A stretch of 55,107 nt of DNA from an uncultured Clostridia bacterium (GTDB lineage: Bacteria > Bacillota > Clostridia > Christensenellales > UBA1242), in contig CALWEY010000052.1 in the NCBI GenBank assembly GCA_944377435.1, positions 1 to 55,107 on the forward strand. The letters are read 5' to 3'. Positions 1 to 10,126 of this stretch are shown here, piece by piece. The position numbers and the translations under genes were made by a program. Within the stretch, counting starts at the first letter, position 1. Each line of letters starts with the position of its first letter. The notes under the pieces were generated by a model. The model had not been told where the DNA came from. It saw only the letters and a list, made by a program, of their open reading frames with translations, and did not search any database.

Positions 1-108
1 TGTGCAATAAGTATTGCTGTTGCAATGATGATACTTTCAAAATATAACTTAAAAAGAAGTGATATATTAAAACAACAACTTTTGTCTAAGCAAAAACGCA
101 AAAAATAA
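1..108 (+). CDS. 3' end of an upstream gene (5' truncated by the window); hydrophobic segment then a basic tail
   Basis: Frame 1 is open from base 1 to TAA at 106-108 (CAISIAVAMMILSKYNLKRSDILKQQLLSKQKRKK*). It is too short to assign a family. Confidence 0.4.
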   Translation, partial: CAISIAVAMMILSKYNLKRSDILKQQLLSKQKRKK

Positions 109-147
109 GTGTATAGTTTTTTAATAATAAAAAAATTGTGCTATAAT

Positions 148-1416
148 ATGCGTATGAAAACAAATATAAAAATTGAAGTTTCGCCAAATTTAGAGAAATT
201 GGCAAAATTGTTAAAAAATAAAGCTGAACTATTTATTGTTGGTGGATATGTAAGAAATCAAATTCTTGGCATTGGAGGAACAGATGTTGACCTTTGCAGT
301 AAACTGACTCCTGAAAAAATTAAAGAGTGTTTAAAAGATACAAATTTTGTTGTTAAAGACAAAAATAAAAAACTTGGAACAGTAACAATTTCTATTGGCA
401 AAGAAGTTTATGAACACACAACATTTAGAACAGAAGTTTATGACGACACAGGTAGGCATTGTCCAATAGCTGTAAATTTTGTTGATGATATAAGACAAGA
501 CGCAAAACGCCGTGATTTTACAATAAATTGTATTTATTATAGCATAACAAAACAAAGAATAATTGATATATATTCTGGCCTATACGACCTTGAAAAAAGA
601 ACAATAAAAACAATTGAAACACCACAGTTTGTATTTAATAATGACGGGCTAAGAATACTTCGCATGATTAGAATTGCCTGTGAATTAAATTTTAAAATTG
701 ACAAACAAACATATAAAACTGCGACGCTTATGTCATATAGGCTTAAAGATATAACCGGAATAAGAAAGCAAAGAGAACTATTGCTTATTTTAAATGCAAA
801 AAATAAATATAGTGTTTCAAAGAAAAATGCACATATAAGAGCACTTGAATATTTTAATCAAATGCAACTTTTTTCGGCATTTTATAGCAGTGTTTCTAAA
901 ATAAAACTTAAAATGGTGAAAAAGAACGATATAGATCTTCTTTGTGCACTTTTAATTGATATGATAAATGCAATAAATCCCGACTGTGTTGAGTACTATT
1001 TAAAATATATGCTTGGACCAAAGGGACTAGATTTTACAACCAAACAACAAGAATATTTAATAAATGTTGTGTGTGGTTATTTTGATGCACTTAATAAATT
1101 AAATAACAAAAATTATTTTTTCAAATATTTTGACAATTTTAAAACAATTGGAAAGTTTATTACAATAAAAAATAGATTTTTGTTTAATAGATACAATTTC
1201 TTTTATAAGTATATAGTAAACTACAATGTTCCAATAACAATAAAAGATTTAAAAGTAAGCGGAGAAGACATTAAAAAATATAAACCCAAAATGCCAGAAA
1301 AATATTATGGGCAACTATTAAAAGAACTTTTAAACAAAGTATTTGACGGCGAAATAGAAAACACAAAAGAACAGTTGGTAACGGAGATAAAAGCATATGA
1401 TTATAGAAATAATTAG
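148..1416 (+). CDS. cca: CCA-adding tRNA nucleotidyltransferase / poly(A) polymerase family
   Basis: Motifs GGYVRNQILG...GTDVDL and RRDFTINCIYY are typical of the PolyA_pol/CCA family head domain. The track ORF starts at GTG 109. I prefer ATG 148 or 154 because an extended -10 (TGTGCTATAAT, 137-147) lies inside the 109-start extension. The start is uncertain. Confidence 0.8.
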   Translation: MRMKTNIKIEVSPNLEKLAKLLKNKAELFIVGGYVRNQILGIGGTDVDLCSKLTPEKIKECLKDTNFVVKDKNKKLGTVTISIGKEVYEHTTFRTEVYDDTGRHCPIAVNFVDDIRQDAKRRDFTINCIYYSITKQRIIDIYSGLYDLEKRTIKTIETPQFVFNNDGLRILRMIRIACELNFKIDKQTYKTATLMSYRLKDITGIRKQRELLLILNAKNKYSVSKKNAHIRALEYFNQMQLFSAFYSSVSKIKLKMVKKNDIDLLCALLIDMINAINPDCVEYYLKYMLGPKGLDFTTKQQEYLINVVCGYFDALNKLNNKNYFFKYFDNFKTIGKFITIKNRFLFNRYNFFYKYIVNYNVPITIKDLKVSGEDIKKYKPKMPEKYYGQLLKELLNKVFDGEIENTKEQLVTEIKAYDYRNN

Positions 1417-2701
1417 TTTAGTATTAAGTTTTGTTGTTTTAATAATTTGCACAAGTTTAATATATGTTGTGGTAAAAAATAACAAAAAACAAAGTCCAAC
1501 ATTTCAACTTGACCAAGTTTTAGAGCAAATCAAACAAAACACACTAAATCAAAACGAATTAAACTCGCAATTAAACAAAATACTTTTGCAAAACATAAAA
1601 AACTCAAATGATATGGTTTTAAGCACAATGTCGAATAACAACGGACTTCAACTCCAACAGTTAAGCGATATATTAAACAGACTTAATGTTGTTTTGCAAA
1701 CAAACGAACAGTCAATGAAAAATGCAATAAATGTTATAGAAAATGGGCTTATTAGACTTCAACAAGACAACGAGAAAAAACTTGAACAAATGCGACAAAC
1801 GGTAGACGAAAAACTTAATGTAAGTTTAGAAAATAGACTAACTCAATCGTTTAATATCATAAATGAAAGACTGCAATCTGTATACGAAGGAATTGGAGTT
1901 ATGAAACAACTTGCAACAGGTGTTGGCGATCTTAAAAAAGTTTTAAACAATGTTAAAACTCGTGGTGTGTGGGGAGAAATTCAACTTGAAAACTTACTTG
2001 AACAAATTTTAACAAAAGATCAATATTTGTGCCAAGTAAACATAAACCCAAGCAATCAAGACAGAGTTGACTTTGTAATAAAAATGCCGGGCAAAGACGA
2101 TAGTGGCGAAGTATACTTGCCAATTGATGCAAAATTTCCAATAGAAGACTATCAGCGTTTAATAGACGCAAGTGAGCAAGGGAATAAAGAAGAAGTTGAC
2201 TTGGCTGTTAAGGGAATAGAAAGAAGAGTAAAAGAAGAAGCAAAAAAGATTAAAGAGAAATATATTTTAATTCCAAAAACAACAGATTTTGCCGTAATGT
2301 ATTTGCCAATAGAAGGAATGTATGCAGAAGTTTTAAGAATTCCAGGACTGTGCGAACATTTGCAACAGGAATATAAAGTTGTTGTTTGTGGACCAACAAC
2401 TCTTTCGGCATTACTCAATAGTTTGCAACTTGGTTTTAAGAGTTTAACAATAGAAAAGCGTTCAAGCGAAGTTTGGAATTTACTCAGTGTGTTTAAGCGT
2501 GAGTTTACAAAGTTTGTAGATTTACTTGCAAAAACGCAGAAAAAATTAACAGAGGCATCAAACACAATAGAATTTGCAACAAAAAAATCAAAAACAATAG
2601 AGCGAAAATTAAAAGATGTTGCATCTGTAACTGATACAACCATTGATGTCTTAGATTTTGAAAGCATAGGAGAAGAATCAGATAGTGAAGAAAATGAGTA
2701 A
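1397..2701 (+). CDS. rmuC: DNA recombination protein RmuC
   Basis: It has an N-terminal TM helix, a long Q/N-rich coiled coil, then the RmuC nuclease-like core (GVWGEIQLENLLE...DFVIKMP...LPIDAKFPIEDY). It overlaps the cca stop by 20 nt. Confidence 0.85.
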   Translation: MIIEIISLVLSFVVLIICTSLIYVVVKNNKKQSPTFQLDQVLEQIKQNTLNQNELNSQLNKILLQNIKNSNDMVLSTMSNNNGLQLQQLSDILNRLNVVLQTNEQSMKNAINVIENGLIRLQQDNEKKLEQMRQTVDEKLNVSLENRLTQSFNIINERLQSVYEGIGVMKQLATGVGDLKKVLNNVKTRGVWGEIQLENLLEQILTKDQYLCQVNINPSNQDRVDFVIKMPGKDDSGEVYLPIDAKFPIEDYQRLIDASEQGNKEEVDLAVKGIERRVKEEAKKIKEKYILIPKTTDFAVMYLPIEGMYAEVLRIPGLCEHLQQEYKVVVCGPTTLSALLNSLQLGFKSLTIEKRSSEVWNLLSVFKREFTKFVDLLAKTQKKLTEASNTIEFATKKSKTIERKLKDVASVTDTTIDVLDFESIGEESDSEENE

Positions 2702-4310
2702 TGAAGTTTATTTATATTGGTTAAACAATATATTGGACAAAAAAATTAAAAAACAATTACAACAATTAACAACAGAACAAATAGAAGCAAATTTTTCTTG
2801 TAGTTTAAGTTTTGGTACGGCGGGAATGCGTGGAACAATGGAACAAGGCACAAACAACATAAACGAACTTACAGTAACAAAACTAGCACAAAGTTTATCT
2901 TTGTATATGCAACAAAATAATAAAAAAAGCGTTGTTATATGTTTTGATACAAGAAAAAACAGCAAAAAATTTGCACAGTTATTTGCAAAAGTATTAGATA
3001 AAAACAAGATTAAAGTTTATATTTTTAAAAATTTTGCACCAACTCCACTGTGTGTTTTTGCAACAACAAAATATAAGGCAGATTACGGAGTTATGATAAC
3101 TGCAAGCCATAATAATAAAACATATAACGGGATAAAAATTTATGGCGACTTAGGGATTCAAATAAATAAAGAAGTTCAAGAAGCAATTTCAAAAATATTT
3201 GATGAAACAAATGAAATAGATGTTTATAACAATGTTTATAAACACAAACTTTCAAAAAATGTATGTTTTTTAACAAAAAAAGTTATAGATGAATTTACAA
3301 AAAATCCAAAAGACAAAATTAAGAAAAATCTAAAAATTGTATACACTCCACTAAACGGAACAGGAAAAAGTGCAGTAACAAAACTTTTAAAGCAAAATGG
3401 TTTTAAATTTAAAATTCCAACAAAGCAAAAATATGCAAGTGGAGAATTTAAAACTTGTCCATATCCAAACCCAGAATTTATTGAAGCGTTTAAAGAGAGT
3501 TTAAATCTTGCAACAAAAAATGATGCAGATATAATTGTTGCAACTGATCCAGATGCCGATAGAATAGGCGTTATGGTAAAGCATAACAGTGAATATGTAA
3601 AACTTACAGGAAATGAAGTTGGCTATATTTTTGCTGAATATCTTTTAACTAAAAATACAAATAAAAATAAATTTGTTGTAACAAGTGTTGTTTCAAGTCC
3701 GTTAATTGATGATATATGCAAAAATCACAGTGCAAAACTATATAAAACACTTACAGGGTTTATGAGTTTAGGAACAAAAGATTATGAACTTCAAAAAAAA
3801 TACGGCAAAGACGCATTTTGTTTGTGTTATGAAGAGAGTTGTGGTTATGTTGTAAAAAATAGTTACTATGATAAAGACGGAATTTTTGCTTCACTTGAAA
3901 TTTGTAACATTGCAAATACATTAAAAAAGGAAAGCAAAACTTTAATAGATTATCTAAACGAAATATATGCAAAATATGGCTATATGACAACAGTTGGCGA
4001 CAGTGTAAAATTTGAAGGTGCAAACAGTTTACAAAAAATGAATGCTGTGGTAAATAATCTAAGACAAAATAAACCTCAAAGTATACAAAATAGAAAAATA
4101 ACAAAAATAATCGATTATTATATTGATGACACAGGATTAGACAAACAAAACTTTATAGAATATCACGCAAAGGATATAATATTTATAATAAGGCCAAGTG
4201 GCACAGAACCAAAACTAAAAATATACCTTTTTGTTAAGGGCGAAAAAGAAATCATAAACGAAACAGCACAAAAAGTGTTAAGTGAAATAAAAACAAAATT
4301 ATTAAAATGA
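2685..4310 (+). CDS. pgcA: Alpha-phosphoglucomutase / phosphomannomutase family (PgcA-like)
   Basis: Motifs: FGTAGMRG, active-site-Ser loop ITASHNNKTYNGIKIY, metal loop ATDPDADRIG, and the C-terminal RPSGTEPKLKIY loop. An alternative start at ATG 2694 gives an ATGAGTAA overlap with rmuC. Confidence 0.8.
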   Translation: MKKMSNEVYLYWLNNILDKKIKKQLQQLTTEQIEANFSCSLSFGTAGMRGTMEQGTNNINELTVTKLAQSLSLYMQQNNKKSVVICFDTRKNSKKFAQLFAKVLDKNKIKVYIFKNFAPTPLCVFATTKYKADYGVMITASHNNKTYNGIKIYGDLGIQINKEVQEAISKIFDETNEIDVYNNVYKHKLSKNVCFLTKKVIDEFTKNPKDKIKKNLKIVYTPLNGTGKSAVTKLLKQNGFKFKIPTKQKYASGEFKTCPYPNPEFIEAFKESLNLATKNDADIIVATDPDADRIGVMVKHNSEYVKLTGNEVGYIFAEYLLTKNTNKNKFVVTSVVSSPLIDDICKNHSAKLYKTLTGFMSLGTKDYELQKKYGKDAFCLCYEESCGYVVKNSYYDKDGIFASLEICNIANTLKKESKTLIDYLNEIYAKYGYMTTVGDSVKFEGANSLQKMNAVVNNLRQNKPQSIQNRKITKIIDYYIDDTGLDKQNFIEYHAKDIIFIIRPSGTEPKLKIYLFVKGEKEIINETAQKVLSEIKTKLLK

Positions 4311-6112
4311 ACGAAAAAATAAAACAAAAATTAAAAGACCTAACTACAAAAAGTGGCGTGTATGTTATGCACTCAGCAAGTGGGGCGGTTATATATGTTG
4401 GAAAGGCTAAAAATCTTAAAAACAGAGTTAGCCAATATTTTAACAACTCCATTAAGCCAACAAAAGTTATGGCAATGGTGGAGCATGTTGATTATTTTGA
4501 ATATTTTATAACACTAAGCGAGCGTGATGCTTTTGCACTTGAAAACAATTTAATAAAAAAATACAAGCCGTTTTATAACATTCTTTTAAAAGACGATAAA
4601 GCATACCCATACATTAAAGTAACAATTAAAGACGATTATCCAAGAATGGAAGTTGTAAGAAAAATAAAAAATGACGGTGCAAAATATTTTGGACCGTATA
4701 TTTCTTCAATAAGTCCATATGCACTAATCAAAATAGTAAATATGGCATTTCCACTTAGAACATGTAAAGGCGCTCTCCCTAAAAAACCTAAAAGACCATG
4801 TTTAAATTATTCGCTTGGACTTTGCAGTGCACCATGTAGCAAGCTTGTTTCAAAAGAAGACTATAAAAAAATAGTTTACAAAGCAATGGATTTTTTAAGG
4901 GGCAATGACAACGAAATAGAAAAAATTTTAACAGAAAAAATGCAACTTGCAAGCAGTATACAAAATTTTGAACGCGCACTTGAAATTAGAGATATGATAA
5001 AAATGGTTAATAATTTAAAACAAAAAGTTGTTGCCGATCTTCCAACAGATAAATCTATTGATGTAATTAGTTATGTAAACAACGGAATAGTTGGTGCGAT
5101 ATGCGTTCTTACAATAAGACATGGAAAAGTACTTGGTGTAAAAACTCAAAGTGTTATTGATGCAAGTATAGACGAAAAAGATACAATGAGCCAGTTTATT
5201 GTTCAGTACTATTCAAAGCATGAGTGTCCAAAAGAAATTTTAACAAATATAGAAGTGGAAGATTTAACAGAAGAAATAATAAAGGCAAAAATAACATGTC
5301 CACAAAAAGGCACAAAAAATCACTTAATAAAAATGGCAACTCTAAATGCACAAGAATATTTAAACAAAGTAGAGTACAAAGAAAATTTAGAATATGATAA
5401 AACAGTTGGTGCACTAGAAAAATTAAAAGACAAATTAAACCTAACTGCTGTTCCAAACAGAATAGAGTGCTATGATATATCTCATATTAGTGGGACAAAT
5501 CAAGTTGCATCAATGGTTGTTTTTATTGCTGGAAAAGTTGCAAAAAACATGTATAGAAAATTTAAAATCGCAAATTATGAAAAAGGCTCAAACGACTTTG
5601 AAAGTTTAAAACAAACCTTAAAAAGAAGATTAACCGAACTAAGTGGCGAAGATGTAAGTTTTAGTCAAAAACCGGACTTAATTGTTATTGACGGCGGTAA
5701 AGGACAACTAAGTTCAACATATGAAGTTTTAAAAAGTTTTAATGTGCAAATAGACATGATTTCGCTGGCAAAAAGTTTTGAAGAGGTTTTTGTGCCAAAT
5801 AAGAGTGAACCAATTATGTTAAAAAGAGGTTCAAGCGAGTTAAGAATACTCCAAAATATCCGTGATGAAGCACACCGTTTTGACATTACTTTCCATAGAA
5901 AACTAAGAACAAAAAATGAAATAAAATCTCCACTAGATGATATAAAAGGACTTGGAAAAGTAAAAAAACAAGCACTATTAAATCAGTTTAAAACGATTGA
6001 CGAAATTCAAAAGGCAAGTGTTGAAGAATTAAATTTAGTTAAGGGCATAGACTTAAATTTAGCAATAAAGATTAAAAACTTTGTTGAAAATTTAAAAAAC
6101 GAACAAAAATAA
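4307..6112 (+). CDS. uvrC: Excinuclease ABC subunit C
   Basis: GIY-YIG N-terminus (GVYVMHSASGAVIYVGKAKNLKNRVSQYF), UVR domain, endonuclease V-like domain and C-terminal HhH. ATGA overlap with the pgcA stop. Confidence 0.95.
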   Translation: MNEKIKQKLKDLTTKSGVYVMHSASGAVIYVGKAKNLKNRVSQYFNNSIKPTKVMAMVEHVDYFEYFITLSERDAFALENNLIKKYKPFYNILLKDDKAYPYIKVTIKDDYPRMEVVRKIKNDGAKYFGPYISSISPYALIKIVNMAFPLRTCKGALPKKPKRPCLNYSLGLCSAPCSKLVSKEDYKKIVYKAMDFLRGNDNEIEKILTEKMQLASSIQNFERALEIRDMIKMVNNLKQKVVADLPTDKSIDVISYVNNGIVGAICVLTIRHGKVLGVKTQSVIDASIDEKDTMSQFIVQYYSKHECPKEILTNIEVEDLTEEIIKAKITCPQKGTKNHLIKMATLNAQEYLNKVEYKENLEYDKTVGALEKLKDKLNLTAVPNRIECYDISHISGTNQVASMVVFIAGKVAKNMYRKFKIANYEKGSNDFESLKQTLKRRLTELSGEDVSFSQKPDLIVIDGGKGQLSSTYEVLKSFNVQIDMISLAKSFEEVFVPNKSEPIMLKRGSSELRILQNIRDEAHRFDITFHRKLRTKNEIKSPLDDIKGLGKVKKQALLNQFKTIDEIQKASVEELNLVKGIDLNLAIKIKNFVENLKNEQK

Positions 6113-6148
6113 TGTAAAAAAAAATTTTTTTATTGGTATAATAAAAAT

Positions 6149-7591
6149 ATGAAAAAAACAAAACTATTTTTTATAATTGTTTTGGCAATATTGAATTTTT
6201 ATATATTGCCAAATTTTATTTATGTAAACAATGCCAATGCTTTTGCTCAAACATATACTAACAATGACAATTTTATTGTTAGAGCATATGGAGATTCTAT
6301 TTCGGCTGGTTATGGACTAGATGGTTATAATGACTATGTAAATAAGACAAGTTTAATTACAAAAGAAAGTTATCCAAATGTTTTTATGAAAGGCTACATT
6401 CAAACTTTTGGTGGGGAAATTAAAAGTTTTGCCGTAACAGGGGATAAAACGAAAAATTTAGTAAAAGATTTAACGCCTTATATAAATAAAACAGCACAAG
6501 ATTATCAAGATTTTTGTAAAACAAATATTTTTACATTATGTATTGGAGCAAATAATATACTTTCTGTTGCTTCATCAAACTTAGAAAAACTTTTAAAGGG
6601 CGAAATGAAAATAAGTGAATATGAACTTATACTTGGACAACAAGTAGAATTATTTGAAAGTGATTACACAAATTCTATTTTACCAGCACTAACACAAAAC
6701 GCAGATGCAAAAGTTTTTGTTATGACAATTTATAATCCATATAAGTATGTAACATTTAACGATATTAAAGTAGACACGCAAAACGCACAAAACAATTTTT
6801 TAGTAACAACAGTTTTGTCGGCACTAGATCAAACATTTCAAGAAGTGTTAAAAACAACTATAACATATTTAGAAAAAGTAAATGACATAATTAGACAAAG
6901 CGCAAACGATAACATAATTGTTGTAGATATATATAAACTTTTTGAAACATTTACAAAAGAACAGTATAAAGACTATATAAATGCCGATCTTTCAAAAATG
7001 ACAATAACAAAAGAACTTTACGAAAGCATAGATTGGCAAAATATGAACTTTTCCAACTTGTTTAAAAATTTAACAGCATGTGCTGATCCGCATCCAACAT
7101 CACAGGGACAAGAAGTAATTGCAAATTGTCATAAAGAAAATTTTGCGGTTTTTAAATTAAACATGGAAACAGATTTGTCAGAAATTGAAAATGATGAGCA
7201 AAATGTAAACTTTAAAATTGTAAAAGTGGGCGGAAGAGATGATTATAATTTTAAATTATACAAAAACATAAAAAATAATGTAACTCTTGTAAAAGAGACA
7301 AAAGAATATAATTTTTTTGTTCAAGCAAAAGATATTGATGGAGACGGATATTTTTATCTTGACATATACGAAAACAATAAAAAAGTTGGGCAAAGTAACA
7401 TAGTAAAATACAATTATAAGTTACAAACAAGTCAAGATACAACACAAACCGAAACCCCAAAACAACCTTTGCCACAAAACAACAATATAAATAGTATAGT
7501 AATTGGAAGTATTATTTTTGTTGGAATAGTTGCTTTTTGCATAGTTGGGTATATAATATTTAAAAGTTATAAAAAAAATAATATAAAATAG
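6149..7591 (+). CDS. Secreted, membrane-anchored SGNH/GDSL-family hydrolase
   Basis: Signal peptide (..NNANAFAQ), block I GDSISAGYG, block III GANN, and a C-terminal TM helix plus basic tail (IVIGSIIFVGIVAFCIVGYIIFKSYKKNN). Confidence 0.7.
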   Translation: MKKTKLFFIIVLAILNFYILPNFIYVNNANAFAQTYTNNDNFIVRAYGDSISAGYGLDGYNDYVNKTSLITKESYPNVFMKGYIQTFGGEIKSFAVTGDKTKNLVKDLTPYINKTAQDYQDFCKTNIFTLCIGANNILSVASSNLEKLLKGEMKISEYELILGQQVELFESDYTNSILPALTQNADAKVFVMTIYNPYKYVTFNDIKVDTQNAQNNFLVTTVLSALDQTFQEVLKTTITYLEKVNDIIRQSANDNIIVVDIYKLFETFTKEQYKDYINADLSKMTITKELYESIDWQNMNFSNLFKNLTACADPHPTSQGQEVIANCHKENFAVFKLNMETDLSEIENDEQNVNFKIVKVGGRDDYNFKLYKNIKNNVTLVKETKEYNFFVQAKDIDGDGYFYLDIYENNKKVGQSNIVKYNYKLQTSQDTTQTETPKQPLPQNNNINSIVIGSIIFVGIVAFCIVGYIIFKSYKKNNIK

Positions 7592-7612
7592 TTTAAAGGT
7601 TAAAATATAATT

Positions 7613-8584
7613 ATGGAAGTAGCAGTTTCTGTTTTAGTCCTTGCGATTGCAATATTTCTTGTAGTGAAAGGTGGCGATATATTTGTATCGTCATCATCTT
7701 CGCTTGCAAAAAAGATGCATATTCCTCAAATTGTATTTGGTGCAACATTTGTAAGTTTGGCAACAACTTTGGGGGAACTTTTAATTTCAATATTTTCAAG
7801 TGTAGATGGAACGACAGACCTTGCGGTTGGAAATGCTGTCGGCTCTGCAATTTGTAATATTGCTCTAATTTGTGGAATTGGTTTTTTGTTTATGCAATCA
7901 ACCTTAAATAAAGGTGGAACTTTAAAGTACTATCTTTTACTATTAGTTACAATTTTTATAACAGTAGTTGGGTTTTTCTATGAGATTTTTGTTTGGCAAG
8001 CAATAGTTTTAATAATTATAACAGTTTTGTTTTTTGTGTTTAATTATGTTGATGCAAAATCATATTATAAAACATCAAACAAAAAAGAAGAAGATGAAGA
8101 AAATCATAAACCACTTTGGCTTTTAATTATTTTATTTTTGCTTGGTGCAGTTGCACTTGGTGGAGGTGCCTATCTTCTTGTGGACAAAGTTGAATTTTTA
8201 GCAAAGGCACTTGGAGTTAGTGAACAATTTATTGGACTTACGGTTGTTGCTATTGGAACAAGTTTGCCAGAACTTACAACAATGCTTACATCAATAAAAA
8301 AGAAATCGCCAGACCTTGCTATTGGAAATATAATTGGCGCAAATATATTAAATTTAACGCTAATTTTAGCAGTTCCAAGACTTATAGCATTTAATCAGGG
8401 AATGCCAATATCAAAAGAAACAGCATTTATCAGCTTACCATTTTGTTTAATCTTAACCTTAATTTTAGTAATTCCAATACTTTTAAAAAGAAAAACTTAT
8501 AAATGGCAAGGAATAATATTTTTAACAATGTATGCACTATATGTTGTGTACTTAATTTTAAATGCAATTTTTAAATTTGTATAA
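7613..8584 (+). CDS. Ca2+/Na+ antiporter (CaCA family, YrbG-like) membrane protein
   Basis: About 10 TM segments with the two alpha-repeat signatures GNAVGSAICNI and GNIIGANILNL, separated by an acidic loop. Confidence 0.8.
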   Translation: MEVAVSVLVLAIAIFLVVKGGDIFVSSSSSLAKKMHIPQIVFGATFVSLATTLGELLISIFSSVDGTTDLAVGNAVGSAICNIALICGIGFLFMQSTLNKGGTLKYYLLLLVTIFITVVGFFYEIFVWQAIVLIIITVLFFVFNYVDAKSYYKTSNKKEEDEENHKPLWLLIILFLLGAVALGGGAYLLVDKVEFLAKALGVSEQFIGLTVVAIGTSLPELTTMLTSIKKKSPDLAIGNIIGANILNLTLILAVPRLIAFNQGMPISKETAFISLPFCLILTLILVIPILLKRKTYKWQGIIFLTMYALYVVYLILNAIFKFV

Positions 8585-8711
8585 AATAACATAATTCCAC
8601 AAATATCTATGCATAGAATATGCATTTTAAAAATATTAAATATAACATAACAATAAAAAAGAGCATAAAAAACATAACCTCAAAAAAGTTATACCTTATG
8701 TATCAACAAAG

Positions 8712-8902
8712 TTATGCACAACAGCATAAAAAATCAACACATTAAAACATATCAAAAATAGTTATAAACAAATAACATTATGTGGAAATGTGGATAACTT
8801 GTCAAATTTTATCCACTTTTAACCAAAATACGATAAAAATTTATAAATAAAGACCAAAATGAATAAATATGCAAATGTGGAAATGTGGATAACTTTTTCA
8901 CA
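8712..8902. promoter_or_regulatory. DnaA-box cluster in the 407-bp intergenic region upstream of mrnC-rlmB-sigH
   Basis: Perfect TTATNCACA matches: TTATGCACA at 8712-8720, and TGTGGATAA (= TTATCCACA on the minus strand) at 8789-8797 and 8884-8892. One-mismatch boxes: 8762-8770 (TTATAAACA), 8809-8817 (TTATCCACT) and 8894-8902 (TTTTTCACA). Confidence 0.6.
8780..8895 (+). repeat. Perfect 21-bp direct repeat ATGTGGAAATGTGGATAACTT (8780-8800 and 8875-8895)
   Basis: The two copies were read directly and are 95 bp apart start to start. Each carries a degenerate plus a perfect DnaA box in tandem. Confidence 0.9.
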
Positions 8903-9000
8903 TTTTTTTTTATAACTTATCTATACCTTATTTAGATGTTTGACAACACAGGCTATACAATATATACTTTTAAGTAAAGTTACAAAAAGTATTGGAGAAT

Positions 9001-9405
9001 ATGGAAACGCAAATAAACATCATGCAAAACAAATTAGACCAAACAAGTCCGCTTGTGTTAGCATTTGTTGGAGATAGTGTCCACACTTTGTATGTAAGAG
9101 AAAATATTATAAAAGAAGGTATACACAAACTAAAAGACTATAATAAATCGTGCAACTTTTTGTGTAGAGCAAAAACACAAAGTAAGGTGCTAGACAAACT
9201 AGAGCCATTGTTAACAGCAAAAGAGCAAGAAATTGTAAGGCGAACAAGGAACGCAAAAAATCATCACACAGCAAAAAATTCAAATTTAGTTGACTATAAA
9301 AAAGCAACTTGCTTTGAAGCACTTGTGGGATATTTGTACCTTAATGGTGAAACACAAAGACTACAACAATTTTTAAAAATATCAATAGAAGAAAGGAAAG
9401 AATAA
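9001..9405 (+). CDS. mrnC: Mini-ribonuclease 3
   Basis: About 135 aa with LAFVGDSVHTLYVRE near the N-terminus and FEALVGYLYL near the C-terminus (Mini-III signature). It sits immediately upstream of rlmB as in B. subtilis (yazC-yacO). The track ORF begins at TTG 8992. Confidence 0.85.
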   Translation: METQINIMQNKLDQTSPLVLAFVGDSVHTLYVRENIIKEGIHKLKDYNKSCNFLCRAKTQSKVLDKLEPLLTAKEQEIVRRTRNAKNHHTAKNSNLVDYKKATCFEALVGYLYLNGETQRLQQFLKISIEERKE

Positions 9406-10124
9406 TGATAGTAGAAGGGAAAAATGCAGTTAGAGAACTGATAAATAGTGGTGCAACAATAAACAAACTCTATGTTGAAAACAATTTAAGAGATGGTGTA
9501 AGCAATCAAATAATAGCACTTGCAAAAAGCAAAAAAATTAGAATAGATTTTGTTCCAAAAGAAGTTTTAGACAAAAAAAGTCCAACAAAAAGACATCAAG
9601 GTTTTTTGTGCGATACAGTAGATTTTGTGTATTGCGATGTTGACGACATCTTAAAAAATGCTGAAAATAAAGGCGAAGCACCATTTATAGTAATATTAGA
9701 CGGAATCGAAGATCCACACAATATGGGGGCAATAATAAGAACATGTGAATGTGCAGGAGTTCATGGCATAATAATTCCAAAGCATAGGTCTTGCCAGATA
9801 AATGATACAGTAATAAAAACAAGTGCAGGAGCAACACTTAATATGCTTGTTGCAAGCGTTACAAATTTAAATAGTACTATAGAATATCTAAAAAAGAACA
9901 ATGTTTGGGTGTATGGACTTGAACTTGGCGGAAAAGATATTTATAAAACAAATTTAAGCGGAAGCATCGCTCTTGTGGTTGGAAGTGAAGGCTTTGGAAT
10001 AAGCAGACTTGTAAAGGAAAATTGTGATGAAATAATCTCTCTTCCACAAAAAGGAAAAATAAACAGTTTGAATGCAAGTGTTGCATGCTCTATTGCAGTT
10101 TATGAAATTTTAAAACAAAGGTAA
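9405..10124 (+). CDS. rlmB: 23S rRNA (guanosine-2'-O)-methyltransferase, TrmH/SpoU family (RlmB/YacO)
   Basis: SpoU-type motifs: LDGIEDPHNMGAIIRT, LVVGSEGFGIS, IPQKGKINSLNASVA. There is an N-terminal substrate-binding domain. TAATG overlap with mrnC. Confidence 0.8.
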   Translation: MIVEGKNAVRELINSGATINKLYVENNLRDGVSNQIIALAKSKKIRIDFVPKEVLDKKSPTKRHQGFLCDTVDFVYCDVDDILKNAENKGEAPFIVILDGIEDPHNMGAIIRTCECAGVHGIIIPKHRSCQINDTVIKTSAGATLNMLVASVTNLNSTIEYLKKNNVWVYGLELGGKDIYKTNLSGSIALVVGSEGFGISRLVKENCDEIISLPQKGKINSLNASVACSIAVYEILKQR

Positions 10125-10126
10125 AA

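Noticed and set aside
2152-2667. Antisense ORFs inside well-supported genes (for example 2152..2667-, 12751..13152-, 23410..24333-, 26353..26727-, 27183..27524-, 32331..32744-, 46503..46808-, and many of 60-100 aa)
   Set aside because: They lie opposite genes with clear family motifs, lack SD sequences, and have skewed, low-complexity Ser/Phe/Leu/Cys-rich composition. That composition is typical of shadow frames in AT-rich DNA.
8780-8895. CRISPR array or iteron array
   Set aside because: There are only two copies of the 21-bp repeat, no regular repeat-spacer periodicity, and no cas genes in the window.
8585-8991. Chromosomal replication origin (oriC), suggested by the DnaA-box cluster in a long AT-rich intergenic region
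   Set aside because: There is no dnaA, dnaN or rpmH nearby. Genes on both sides are on the same (+) strand, so there is no leading-strand switch. I therefore report it as a DnaA-box cluster or regulatory region rather than an origin. A GC-skew analysis of the whole genome would settle this.
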